Shown one piece after another: positions 26,839-35,763 of a stretch of DNA of 59,718 nt (position 1 is the stretch's first letter; the number at the start of each line of letters is the position of its first letter). Below the pieces are notes generated by a model. That model did not search any database. It worked only from the letters and a program-made list of their open reading frames with translations, and was not told the DNA's origin. Source of the DNA: Tepidisphaeraceae bacterium (lineage in GTDB: Bacteria; Planctomycetota; Phycisphaerae; Tepidisphaerales; Tepidisphaeraceae). The DNA is taken from contig DASRLH010000059.1 of assembly GCA_035648595.1 (NCBI GenBank), positions 1 to 59,718 on the forward strand, given 5' to 3'. Made by a program: the position numbers and the translations under genes.

Positions 26839-26886
26839 GGTTGCGTGGTTGCGTGGTTGCGTGGTTGCGCGGTTGCGCGGTTGCGC
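26839..26886. repeat. Tandem octamer repeat (ggttgcgt x3, ggttgcgc x3)
   Basis: Direct reading. It lies immediately upstream of the 286-aa gene, between the replication module and the late-like module of the element. Confidence 0.9.
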
Positions 26887-27055
26887 TATGGTTTTCGCGC
26901 GCAAAAAGTCGCGCGCAAAGGCCGACTGGAACCCGTATTCCGCGCGGCACCCTTAAAGGTAGCTTTTGCTTTTTTTTGAAGATCATGTGGTCACTCACGT
27001 TTTTCTCCGTTGCCGATTGCCGGGCCGCATTTGCCGTTTTGCGGCGTTTTGGTCG

Positions 27056-27307
27056 TTACCCCACATTAGTATGCCCCGAAGCGTACGACGCCACAGGAAG
27101 CGTCTGGCGCGGGTTGCGGATGCAGCGGCGGGCAATCAGTCGGTTAAACGGCTCGATGCGCGCGAGTAGCTCGGAGGGCAGTGGCTTGGCACTGAAGATG
27201 TTGAGCCCGCGCAGGTTCCGCTTTACCTTGAACCGCGTGCGGTACGGCTGAAGGTCACGCATCAGCGCGCGGAATGAATCACGGAATTGCTGCTTCATTG
27301 GAATCAT
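27056..27307 (-). CDS. Hypothetical small protein (83 aa)
   Basis: The ORF is basic but has protein-like composition (MIPMKQQFRDSFRALMRDLQPYRTRFKVKRNLRGLNIF...). It is co-oriented within the element. Confidence 0.35.
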   Translation of the reverse strand: MIPMKQQFRDSFRALMRDLQPYRTRFKVKRNLRGLNIFSAKPLPSELLARIEPFNRLIARRCIRNPRQTLPVASYASGHTNVG

Positions 27308-27539
27308 GGGTCAACCGGCCTTTCGTCGAATGACTCCGCGGCCGGACCTGCGGTCGATTCTGCGGGGCGCTGGCTTGTTGGTGGCGCGGACGGACGCGGA
27401 CGATGATCGGCGCGGCTTGTGGCTCATCCTGGACGGGCCGGCGCGGCTGCCAGCAGTCCCAGCAGGGTCCCGAATCGGAAATGTAGTAACTTGGGACGAT
27501 GGATCGGCAGACGTGGCAACGGCGACGGGTTGGTTGCAT
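27279..27539 (-). CDS. Possible zinc-ribbon small protein
   Basis: From the internal Met: MQPTRRRCHVCRSIVPSYYISDSGPCWDCW, with two CxxC pairs. The rest is low complexity. It overlaps another frame (27311-27667). Confidence 0.3.
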   Translation of the reverse strand: MQPTRRRCHVCRSIVPSYYISDSGPCWDCWQPRRPVQDEPQAAPIIVRVRPRHQQASAPQNRPQVRPRSHSTKGRLTHDSNEAAIP

Positions 27540-27667
27540 GGAATCTCCTGCATATCGACGCAACGAAATTCGTAGGTGCGCAGAAGGCGCTTGAGGACGT
27601 GGCGCAGGCGGACGTATTCGGGCACGTCGGACTTGAGCGGGCGAATGTGAAGGATGAAAGTTTTCAT
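27311..27667 (-). CDS. Possible small protein; only the first ~45 aa look genuine
   Basis: MKTFILHIRPLKSDVPEYVRLRHVLKRLLRTYEFRCVDMQE is protein-like. Downstream, the frame becomes S/R/P-rich where the zinc-ribbon frame takes over. Confidence 0.3.
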   Translation of the reverse strand: MKTFILHIRPLKSDVPEYVRLRHVLKRLLRTYEFRCVDMQEIPCNQPVAVATSADPSSQVTTFPIRDPAGTAGSRAGPSRMSHKPRRSSSASVRATNKPAPRRIDRRSGRGVIRRKAG

Positions 27668-27730
27668 GTGTATGTCTCTCTCGCGCGCGCAAAAACTACT
27701 TTGTGACAACAGCGGCCCGCGCCCGCTGTT

Positions 27731-29353
27731 TCACACGGGGGGTGTGGGGGGTGTGCGCGCGAGAGAGAGAGACTGCGCACTTTCGTTGAACAAACAGGGT
27801 TCAACCGTCGAGTAAAACGAGGCATTACTGCCGGTTTTCTTGTGTCTGAAGATGGTTTTTTCGGCCTCGGCCTCAAACAAAAACGCGGCAATGTCGCGCA
27901 GAGTGACCTTTTCGCGTTGCGCTTTGGCGGCGATGACCTCTTTTGGCGTCGGGGTTTTGGTAATGAACGCCGCCACGAAATCCGGCATTGTCCAGACTTT
28001 CGGCTGTGGCTTTTCGGGGTTGTCCTTGTCTTTCGGCGGGCGTCCACCTTTGCGCGGGTCTTTCTTCAGCCGGGTTGGGTCTTCCTCGGGCGCTGGGTTC
28101 CAGACGGGATAAGTCCAGCGGTAACAGGCCGGATCGAGCGGCGGCCACGAGCGAAGATTCATGGACATGACCATCACGTCCTTTTCCTCGTGCTGCCTCA
28201 ATGCGGAGTGAAAATCGACCGTCCTGGCCCATGCGCCCGCGCCGCTGCCCACGTCGATTGAATCCTTGGAACCTTGCGGACCTTTGCTTGAATGATGCAC
28301 AAACAGAATTGCGGCTCCCAGCCTACTGGCGCATCCGTCGAGCACGTTAACAAGGTGGGTAACGTCGGCATTGTCGTTTTCGCTCACGCCGCGCGGAAGT
28401 GTTCGATAAAGCGCGTCTAAAATGATAAGCCCACACTGTCCGCGCACGAGGCGGCCAAAGACTTGCGATTCCAAGCCGTACAGGTCCATCAAGTTGCCGC
28501 GCAAGCTAATGACGTCGATCTGGCCGGCGTAGTCAGTGGGTGTTAATCCGCGGGCGGCTGCAATCCTCGGGAGGCGATGCGCGATCGTCCCTTTCATCAA
28601 TTCGTTGTCGATGATGAGCACGCGATTCTTGAACGTCTGGAACGTCCCGAGAAACGGCATCCCGGTCGCCACGGCAAACACCAAGTCACCCGCGAGCATG
28701 GATTTCATCGACTTTGAAGCGGCATTGATGCTGCCAACCTCGCCTTCCCGAATGATATTGGAGACGATGGGTTTGGCCTGCTCGGGGTAATCCTCGATCA
28801 ACTGTTCGAGGGGCACAGGCCTGGGCGAATGACGGGACGGGTTGATTTCCGCGAACCGCTCCTGTGCCTTCAAGAGAACGTCGATTGCATCGCCATGTGC
28901 TCCGTAGGCGTCTTTGACGTTCTGTTCCGAAACTGTAATGAGGCGGCGGAGTGCTGACTTGTCGGCGACGATCCTGGCGTAGTGGATGGCGTGGGCTGCG
29001 GACGGGACCTTATTGAGAATGACGGCAAGGTATTCATCCCCGCCGACTTCATCGTGCAAGGCCCGGCTGCGAAGATCGTCGCGCACGAGCGTTGCGTCTA
29101 TCGGGCTGCCTTCATCGTGCAGGCGCATGACCGATTGAAAGATGATTTGATGATCGGCCTGGAAGAATGAGTCGGGAGTGACGATGGCGCGCACGGATGG
29201 GATACAACTCGCGTTCAGCATCATCGAACCGACGAGGCACTGCTCGGCCTCGATTGAATGAGGCGGAAGCTTGTCGAGGGCGTGGCCGTTCGCCTGCGAT
29301 TTGCCGTTGCTCGGTGGTATGTTGGTCTGTAGTCTGAGCATTCTATGTTTCAT
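27731..29353 (-). CDS. Replicative helicase-like protein: DnaB N-terminal domain fused to a RepA/AAA_25-like RecA-fold domain
   Basis: The DnaB-N signature is LPPHSIEAEQCLVGSMMLN...IHYARIVADKSALRRLI. The RecA-like part has Walker B LIILDAL and FVHHSSKG. The Walker A position reads GSINAASKS, which is divergent. Confidence 0.7.
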   Translation of the reverse strand: MKHRMLRLQTNIPPSNGKSQANGHALDKLPPHSIEAEQCLVGSMMLNASCIPSVRAIVTPDSFFQADHQIIFQSVMRLHDEGSPIDATLVRDDLRSRALHDEVGGDEYLAVILNKVPSAAHAIHYARIVADKSALRRLITVSEQNVKDAYGAHGDAIDVLLKAQERFAEINPSRHSPRPVPLEQLIEDYPEQAKPIVSNIIREGEVGSINAASKSMKSMLAGDLVFAVATGMPFLGTFQTFKNRVLIIDNELMKGTIAHRLPRIAAARGLTPTDYAGQIDVISLRGNLMDLYGLESQVFGRLVRGQCGLIILDALYRTLPRGVSENDNADVTHLVNVLDGCASRLGAAILFVHHSSKGPQGSKDSIDVGSGAGAWARTVDFHSALRQHEEKDVMVMSMNLRSWPPLDPACYRWTYPVWNPAPEEDPTRLKKDPRKGGRPPKDKDNPEKPQPKVWTMPDFVAAFITKTPTPKEVIAAKAQREKVTLRDIAAFLFEAEAEKTIFRHKKTGSNASFYSTVEPCLFNESAQSLSLARTPPTPPV

Positions 29354-29397
29354 CCAAAGGCCGGGCGGCGTGGTGGCTTGCCCGGCCTTTTTAGCGT

Positions 29398-29745
29398 TTA
29401 GATACCTGCCGCTTCGAGGACGGATTCCGCCCGTCGATAAGCTTCATCATGTGACGCTGTGGTGGTGCGTGGTGCGGGCGCGTCGCTGAGGCGGCGTAGG
29501 AACCGGATGACCGCTGGCTTGGTGGTGCAACGGCGCCCCGACTGCTGGAAGGTTTCCAGCGTGATTCGTTCGCCGGTTTTGCCGCTGGGGCTGGGAATGC
29601 CGCGCGTCGTCCAGCGGTAAATAGTGCAAAGGTCCACGGTGCGACCATCGCGCCGAACCGCCGGCAATCGCCGGGCTGCGTTAAGGGTCAATCCCTGCTC
29701 GCCGGCTTCAAGGTCTGCCCACACGTCTTTATCGTTCGTGTCCAT
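29398..29745 (-). CDS. Excisionase/AlpA-like HTH protein
   Basis: The start was taken at MDTNDKDVW. The segment TVDLCTIYRWTTRGI...LETFQQSGRRCTTKPAVIRFLRRL resembles small MerR/Xis-type HTH proteins of mobile elements. Confidence 0.45.
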   Translation of the reverse strand: MDTNDKDVWADLEAGEQGLTLNAARRLPAVRRDGRTVDLCTIYRWTTRGIPSPSGKTGERITLETFQQSGRRCTTKPAVIRFLRRLSDAPAPRTTTASHDEAYRRAESVLEAAGI

Positions 29746-29919
29746 CACTGCTCCAGTTAATGACGTGCGGTTGCACGCCAACGGGAATCAGTGTCGTCTC
29801 GCTATGACAGGCGGCGGATTATGTCATACCGATTTTTCGCGGATTTCTGCGAAACCGCTGGAAAAACCGGCAAATTCAGCGCTGTGCAATCGTAGTTTTT
29901 TATTGACACGGTGAATATG

Positions 29920-31254
29920 TCATAGTTGGTTTCGCTTCCGCCGCTGAGCGAGTGTGTTGAGTGCTCGCTGTAGCGATTTAATGCTCATGCCGTTCGCGAG
30001 TGCATACCGCGCAAGGCTGATTTTGGTCGTGGCGCGAGCCTCCTCGAACGCTTCGGCGGTTGCTATTGCCGGGCTGCGCGGCCTTCCGCGCTTTGCCGGC
30101 GCAGCCGTCGATGCTGGCGGCCAAGGCTTGCCGGCCTTGCAAGCCTCAAGTGCGGCACGCTCGTAGCCGTAGCGCCAGCGCTTCGCCGTGAGCATGATGG
30201 CGGGTTCGATTAGGCACCCATTCTTCCTTGCTTCCCTTAGGCGACCGCGTAGCTCGCTGCGTTGCCTCACTCCGAGAATCTTCCGCGCTTCCCTCTCGGC
30301 AGCATGTGTTTTCCATCGCGATTTTGCCTTCGCATATTCTCGGGAAATTTCCTCAAGGTCCGCCTTGCTGTACTCCGCGCATTCGCGTAGGTCGCCGTCG
30401 GCGTCCAAGCGAAGCCGCTCCCCGAGCTGAGTAAGGGGGCGGTTGAGCCAGAAGCAGCGGAGGCTCCAGGCTTTTATCGTTGTGCGATTCTTGACGACGT
30501 CGGGAAACGCGATTGCCGCCTCGGTCGAAGTGCATCGGTCGGGCATTGGCCCCAGCTTGGACATCGCCTTGTTGAGTTCCAGAAGATGCTCGCGCGCGTA
30601 GAAGTGCGGATATTTCGACGCTCTCACCGGATCGGGGATGGTTGGCTTCAGCGGCATGATGGCGCGACCAGTGAGGCGGCGTGCAAAGCTGATACGCCGC
30701 GCGAAAGCCCCGAAGCTTTGGACGCCTATCGCGGCCGCTGCCTCCGCGAATCGGATGTGGCCGGGGGGCGGCGGTGACTGGACGGACCTGGCGGCTATTA
30801 CCGAGGCGACTTCCTCGGCGAGCGCGAAGCGGGACGTTTTTTTTCGACGGCTACAGGCGACGGCGCCGGTGATCAGCTTAAAACTGAGTTTTCTCATCGC
30901 GAGCGGTGGGCATCCGCGTTCCTGCCAGCGTCTTATTCTGTTGCCGCCAAGTCCATATTGCTGCTCAAGGATTTCGTTCCGCACCCAACGCCGGCCCGCA
31001 TTGTCAACAAACTCGTTTGGGAGGAATGGAAGTCTGAGATGCTCCGGGGCGTTCTTCTCTGCATCGGGTCCCCAATACAGAAGTTGGTATTGCCTCGCCT
31101 CCGGGTCTTGTTTGGTGCGGATTTTCCACTGTCCGTTCGATCTATGAATGATGAATCGGTGTTTCGATAGTCCGAACCGCCGAAGTATGGCGGCCATTCT
31201 TACCCAGCCCGCGAGCGTTTCACTCGTTGGCGATTGATATGTCGGGCGCTTCAT
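29920..31254 (-). CDS. Hypothetical protein with a C-terminal HTH-like segment (444 aa)
   Basis: Long clean ORF. Basic HTH-like stretches occur at both ends (AAILRRFGLSKHRF; ISLARYALANGMSIKSLQRAL). No catalytic motif recognised. Confidence 0.5.
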   Translation of the reverse strand: MKRPTYQSPTSETLAGWVRMAAILRRFGLSKHRFIIHRSNGQWKIRTKQDPEARQYQLLYWGPDAEKNAPEHLRLPFLPNEFVDNAGRRWVRNEILEQQYGLGGNRIRRWQERGCPPLAMRKLSFKLITGAVACSRRKKTSRFALAEEVASVIAARSVQSPPPPGHIRFAEAAAAIGVQSFGAFARRISFARRLTGRAIMPLKPTIPDPVRASKYPHFYAREHLLELNKAMSKLGPMPDRCTSTEAAIAFPDVVKNRTTIKAWSLRCFWLNRPLTQLGERLRLDADGDLRECAEYSKADLEEISREYAKAKSRWKTHAAEREARKILGVRQRSELRGRLREARKNGCLIEPAIMLTAKRWRYGYERAALEACKAGKPWPPASTAAPAKRGRPRSPAIATAEAFEEARATTKISLARYALANGMSIKSLQRALNTLAQRRKRNQL

Positions 31255-31424
31255 GTTGTTTTCCTTTCACCGGGCCGGCGTGGCCGGGGTCTGCCTCGAA
31301 AGGTAAAGGCTTCCCCGGCCACTGGCCGCTTGCCTCCCCGCCGCGCCGGCCGGCGTTGCGGGGAACCCGGTGGATTGTAAGTTGTTGACGGTTGCATCGC
31401 GCAACCGGGGACGAATTCGACAGG

Positions 31425-32600
31425 TTATCCGCACATTTTAGATGGGATGCGTTGGAGCATCTGCTCAAGGTCGTCGGCGTCGCTGCCGTGCTTGGAAGGA
31501 TCGAATATCTGCCAGTGGTATCCGCCGGCCTTCACGCTGAATTTGATCGCCTGGAGGATGTTGGACGGGCTGCGCTTCACGAATTTCGCCGCTTGGGTAA
31601 TGCTGTCGAAGCGCCTGCGAAGCTCAAGACACCATACCGGCCGCATCTTGCCGTAGTGTTTGACCACTTGACACTGTTGGGTGCGAATTCGCACCTTCTC
31701 GGCATGGAATTGGCGCAGCCGGACGGCCTGGGCATCGCGGGCGCGCTGCTCCTGTTCGGATCGAACGCGGGGCGCGGCGACGACGATGCGCGCCTTCAGC
31801 GCGGTGCCGCGCGCTTTGAGTTCCTGCTGTCTCTCCTGCTCTTTGCGGACTTGCTCGCGTAGGGCGTTTGCCTGCTGGTCGATGGGTGTTTGAATTGAGG
31901 GCATGCCCGATGCCGACGTGAGATTCGCGCCGACAGTGAAAACTCCGTTGGACGATGGAAGACTGCCAAGCTTGTTGGTCCCGCCGAAATGGCTTTGGCC
32001 TGATATGACCTCGGCGCAACTCTTGTTGGTCATGGCGTCATTACAGCGCGGGTTGTGCATGCAATCGCCCGGCATATCGTCTTCCCACGCCGGATCGAGC
32101 TCGTCGCCGTCGTCAACGTCGCGCTCCTGGCGGTCTTCCTCTTGATCGTCAACGAACGATTCCAGAAGCTGGCCCGAGATTCGATCATTGTTGTAAACCG
32201 GCTTCCACGATTTCATCATTTCGGAGAACGTCGGATCGAACCGCACGCCAAGCCGGACAAGCTCGTCGAACGCCGCCACGAATTGCGGGCCGTCGTCCTC
32301 GTTGGGTTCAAAATCATCGTCGGCCAGCACCTCGGCCTGGGCGGTGAATGCGTTCCACTTTTCGTAAAGAGTTGCGGCGTAAATCGCTGTCCGCTCGGCC
32401 CAAGCTTGCGACACTGCCGCCGCGGTGGTGCTGAGCATGTCCTCGGTGCGCGTCCTCGTCGGGATGTAGATGAGGCATTGCTCGTGGTCGATTGGATGGT
32501 CGCCGCTGACGATCTGATAAGTTTCGGAGCCGACTTCAACGGAAAGCTCCTGGGGTTGCGACTGATGGAAAGTGTTGACAGAATGAGATTGACGGGGCAT
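31425..32600 (-). CDS. Hypothetical protein with a C-terminal NUMOD1-like DNA-binding motif
   Basis: The start was moved to ATG 32600 (RBS aaggag 5 nt upstream). The central region is acidic. The C-terminal RFDSITQAAKFVKRSPSNILQAIKFSVKAGGYHWQIF resembles the F.S..EAA......S.I......K..GY.W motif of phage NUMOD-type domains. Confidence 0.5.
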   Translation of the reverse strand: MPRQSHSVNTFHQSQPQELSVEVGSETYQIVSGDHPIDHEQCLIYIPTRTRTEDMLSTTAAAVSQAWAERTAIYAATLYEKWNAFTAQAEVLADDDFEPNEDDGPQFVAAFDELVRLGVRFDPTFSEMMKSWKPVYNNDRISGQLLESFVDDQEEDRQERDVDDGDELDPAWEDDMPGDCMHNPRCNDAMTNKSCAEVISGQSHFGGTNKLGSLPSSNGVFTVGANLTSASGMPSIQTPIDQQANALREQVRKEQERQQELKARGTALKARIVVAAPRVRSEQEQRARDAQAVRLRQFHAEKVRIRTQQCQVVKHYGKMRPVWCLELRRRFDSITQAAKFVKRSPSNILQAIKFSVKAGGYHWQIFDPSKHGSDADDLEQMLQRIPSKMCG

Positions 32601-32802
32601 AACTGCTCCTTCGTGGCCCGCACGGCTTTCCTGCAAGTTGGACGTGCGGGCTGCTTCGTTTTCAGCGTCGGGAACATTCCGGCGCCGGCCGCCCGATAGT
32701 TGGTGCAAAATTAGCACCGACCTATCGGCGGGCTTACTTCACTTGGAAACTGCCGCTAATTTTGCGGCAGTTTTCGATTCCATTCGCTCGATAGACCTCC
32801 TT

Positions 32803-34197
32803 TCATCCGATCTCCTCGATTGCCTTGTGTGCTTTGGCGACGTCCGCCTCGGCGTAACGCAACGTCATTGCCTTGCTGGTATGCCCGAGCACGACCTGGG
32901 CGGCTTCGGTGCCCGCCTGTTTGCGTAGGTCTGTGGCCGTTCGATGCCTCGCCTGGTGGGGATGCCACGCGTTCTTGGCGAACCATTCGGATCGAAGCTT
33001 GGACTTGGCTTTCTTCTGCTCTGGCGTATCGCCGCGATGGGCGCGAAGCGCCGCCGGGAGTTCAAACGCCAGTTCACACCCACGCCGGATCGCCTTGTAA
33101 TAGCTGGCCCGGTCGTACCGCCTGCCCGGCTGCTTGCGGCGCTTTCGACGCTTGGCTTGCTTCGAGCGAAGCACCTGCGACGGCTGCACGGGGGTCTTGC
33201 GGTCCTTACTCGCCTTGGCAAGCCGGTCGGCCTCCGCCTCGGCTGGGCTGAAAAGGAACGATTGCGGATCCCGGTCAAGGTACGGCTCGATGAGGGCGCG
33301 AGCCCGCGGGCCGATGGGGATTTCCCGGTCGATGTCGTGTTCCTGGGTCTTGTGGAACGTGGGGCGGTAAATCCACGGACTGACGGTGCGGTCGATATCC
33401 GCCGGGCGCATGATGCAAAGCTCGGTCGATCTCATGCCGGTCAGGAGTTGCACCTGGAGCATGATGCCGACTTGCTTTGAGACGTGGGGGACGATCTTCA
33501 ATGCCCGCGATTCATCCACCGGGCGGACGGGGCGGGTTTCCCTCGCCCTGGTCTTGCCCTTGCGCAGACCTGGCAGGCGCTCCAATTCATCGTGAACCGA
33601 TGCCGGCACAAGCTTCTTTGTGACGCCCCAGCCGAAGACGTGTTTGATGCGCCCGATCTGCCGGTTGACGTGCGTGCGCGCCCATCCCGCCTCGGTCTTG
33701 CCGGCGGCGTCTGTCCTGGGATTGATCATCGCCTCGCGGATCGCCTCAAGCTGCGGGCAACCGAAGTCGCTGACCTTCATTCCGCCGTACAACCGCCGCA
33801 ATGGGCGAAGGGCGTATCGGTATGCCGTGAGTTGGCCGCTGGCGATAAGTTTGGTGGTGCCGTCCTCATTCATCACCGGGTTGCCGGCGTCGTCGAGCAC
33901 CGGCTTGGTGTAGTAGACCTGGGCATGGCGCCAGAACGCTTCTATGAGCACGCTGACGGCGGGGTAACCGGATGATGGGTTGGCGTCGTTCGATGCGGCA
34001 ACGGGCAGCCGGCGACCATTGGCAAGCCATTCTGCGAGCGTGCGGTCATAGGCGACACGGCTTTCCGCCGAACCGTGTTTGCCAAGGTAGATCATGCGCC
34101 CGTCGATGGTGACGTAGGCGCGGCCGGATGGCCGGTGAAGACAGTAGGACGGGGCATTTGCTTTGGGTCGGGACACGAGCGCCTTTCCGGCAAACAT
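32803..34197 (-). CDS. int: Tyrosine recombinase / phage-type integrase
   Basis: The catalytic residues appear in order: R (LLTGMRSTEL), HxxR (HPHQARHRTAT), H (VLGHTS), Y (LRYAE). The gene lies 97 nt from the 3' end of tRNA-Ala. Confidence 0.85.
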   Translation of the reverse strand: MFAGKALVSRPKANAPSYCLHRPSGRAYVTIDGRMIYLGKHGSAESRVAYDRTLAEWLANGRRLPVAASNDANPSSGYPAVSVLIEAFWRHAQVYYTKPVLDDAGNPVMNEDGTTKLIASGQLTAYRYALRPLRRLYGGMKVSDFGCPQLEAIREAMINPRTDAAGKTEAGWARTHVNRQIGRIKHVFGWGVTKKLVPASVHDELERLPGLRKGKTRARETRPVRPVDESRALKIVPHVSKQVGIMLQVQLLTGMRSTELCIMRPADIDRTVSPWIYRPTFHKTQEHDIDREIPIGPRARALIEPYLDRDPQSFLFSPAEAEADRLAKASKDRKTPVQPSQVLRSKQAKRRKRRKQPGRRYDRASYYKAIRRGCELAFELPAALRAHRGDTPEQKKAKSKLRSEWFAKNAWHPHQARHRTATDLRKQAGTEAAQVVLGHTSKAMTLRYAEADVAKAHKAIEEIG

Positions 34198-34293
34198 TCT
34201 TCTGTAGGTGACAGAAAAACTGGTTGCCTTATGGCCGCTCTTCCCAACTCAGGAACGTACGCTTTTAATAGCGTCCGGCGGGATTTCTTGCAT

Positions 34294-34366
34294 TGGAGCC
34301 AAGGGGGATCGAACCCCTAACCTCAGCCTTGCAAAGGCTGCGCTCTCCCAGTTGAGCTATGGCCCC
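34294..34366 (-). tRNA. tRNA-Ala (anticodon UGC)
   Basis: 73-nt cloverleaf folded by hand. The acceptor stem is GGGGCCA/TGGCTCC with the G3:U70 Ala identity pair. The anticodon loop is TTTGCAA and the T arm is AGGGG-TTCGATC-CCCCT. CCA is not encoded. Confidence 0.9.
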
Positions 34367-34972
34367 GAGAGGCGGTAGGATAGGATGGCCAAGCCGTTAC
34401 GGCAAGTCTTTAACCATCGCATTGATGGACCGGCGGGGGCGAGACTGCCCGTTTTCCCGCCATCCTGCTGGCGGCACCCAAGCGCAAAACTTCGGGGGTG
34501 CGGGGGGGCGGAGCTCCTCCGATTGGGTGCGAAAGGGCCCGACTCCAACTCAGATACCTACCCGAATGCCCGATGAACCAAAAACAATGACGCTGCGCGG
34601 CGGGGAAGGGCCTGAGTTTGTCGCTTTGGGTACAACCAGCAGGGGTGGGGCCGTCTTTCGTGGCGGAGGCGGCTTGCCAATGCGTGTGGTTCTCCGCTCG
34701 ATCGGCCGGTACCGCGTCGATGCCGTGTCGTCGAATACATCCGCGACTCGCCCCCTCCGCTGGTTGCACCCAATGCGACAAACTCGATAAACCATCGCCG
34801 CGCCGCGTCGTTTTCAACTCTTCCCGCCGTGAAATGTGAGAAATATACGAACTCGGCTGCTGGCGCAGGTCAGGACGTGATATGCTATGCCTCCAACAGC
34901 GACTCGTCTGGCGCAGCCCATTTGGGAGAATAACATAGAAACCTGTAGAAGATCCTGTTCAACCATCGAACG

Positions 34973-35656
34973 ATGCCGGGTGCCTTCATGCCACAAGCAT
35001 TTTCTATCGTCACTCCGGTGATCGACAAGCTCACACGGTCCCGGCGTTCGTCGCGGGCCATATGGATCGACGCGGAGCCGTGCATCGTAGGCGTCGAACC
35101 GGACGGCGCGATTGCTGTGTCACTTGACCCGGGAGGTACGGAGTATGCGATTGTATTACGCGGGCAGGACAAGGTTCTCGCTTGCGCAGCCGCGTCTAAT
35201 TCACGCAACGCGTTAAATCGAAAATACCACAAGCCAGCATTTTTCTGGAGCGACCAGCAGGGGCTCCCCCAGCCATTCATCATCGCGTACACCGGGGATG
35301 CGGAGGCCGCGAAAAAATGCGCCGCCGAACTTGCTAATTACTACGTTGCGAGCCGCAGCGAGTCGGGAAACTCGACCACCGATCTGCTGGAAATGCCAAT
35401 GAGCGCCGACGTTCGTTCGCTGCTCCCATGTCTGTTTGCGATATTCGGAGGGCACGCCTCCAGATGGGTGACAAAGATCGGATCGCACAGTGACTACCTC
35501 GCTCCCAAGAACAAACCTCGCACCGCCGCTCGAGCGGCGCGACTTGACCGAACCGAGGTTCTCGTCGCAGCGTTGGCTGCAGCCACAATCTTGAAGTTGA
35601 GCGATGGAGACTCGGCGCTTCTAGCAACAACCTTGTGTCAACTGCTAACACCGTGA
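34973..35656 (+). CDS. Hypothetical protein (227 aa)
   Basis: Clean ORF in the lower-GC islet (ATG 34973 or 34988), convergent with the three-gene operon. No family recognised. Confidence 0.4.
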   Translation: MPGAFMPQAFSIVTPVIDKLTRSRRSSRAIWIDAEPCIVGVEPDGAIAVSLDPGGTEYAIVLRGQDKVLACAAASNSRNALNRKYHKPAFFWSDQQGLPQPFIIAYTGDAEAAKKCAAELANYYVASRSESGNSTTDLLEMPMSADVRSLLPCLFAIFGGHASRWVTKIGSHSDYLAPKNKPRTAARAARLDRTEVLVAALAAATILKLSDGDSALLATTLCQLLTP

Positions 35657-35763
35657 GTTCCGCGCCTCGCGCCAGCTGCCAGATCCCCTTCATGCCGTCT
35701 CCAAAATCGGTCTCCAGCGAATCTATGACCGTTATTCCAACGGATGCCTCGCGCGGCGGCGCG

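Larger units (their letters stand above)
20095..34336. mobile_element. Integrative element (defective prophage, satellite or IME) inserted in tRNA-Ala(UGC)
   Basis: A perfect 43-bp direct repeat lies at both ends. A tyrosine integrase sits next to the intact tRNA. All 16 or so genes are co-oriented on the minus strand. There is a replication module (HTH, helicase) and a tail-like module. Confidence 0.8.

Noticed and set aside
34367-34970. A ~600-nt GC-rich stretch upstream of tRNA-Ala without a convincing ORF. I considered RNase P RNA, tmRNA, SRP or 6S RNA.
   Set aside because: I could not find the universally conserved motifs (for example the RNase P P4 GAGGAAAGUCC or a tmRNA tRNA-like end). 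The overlapping ORFs (143 and 135 aa) look like GC-rich noise. It is left unannotated.
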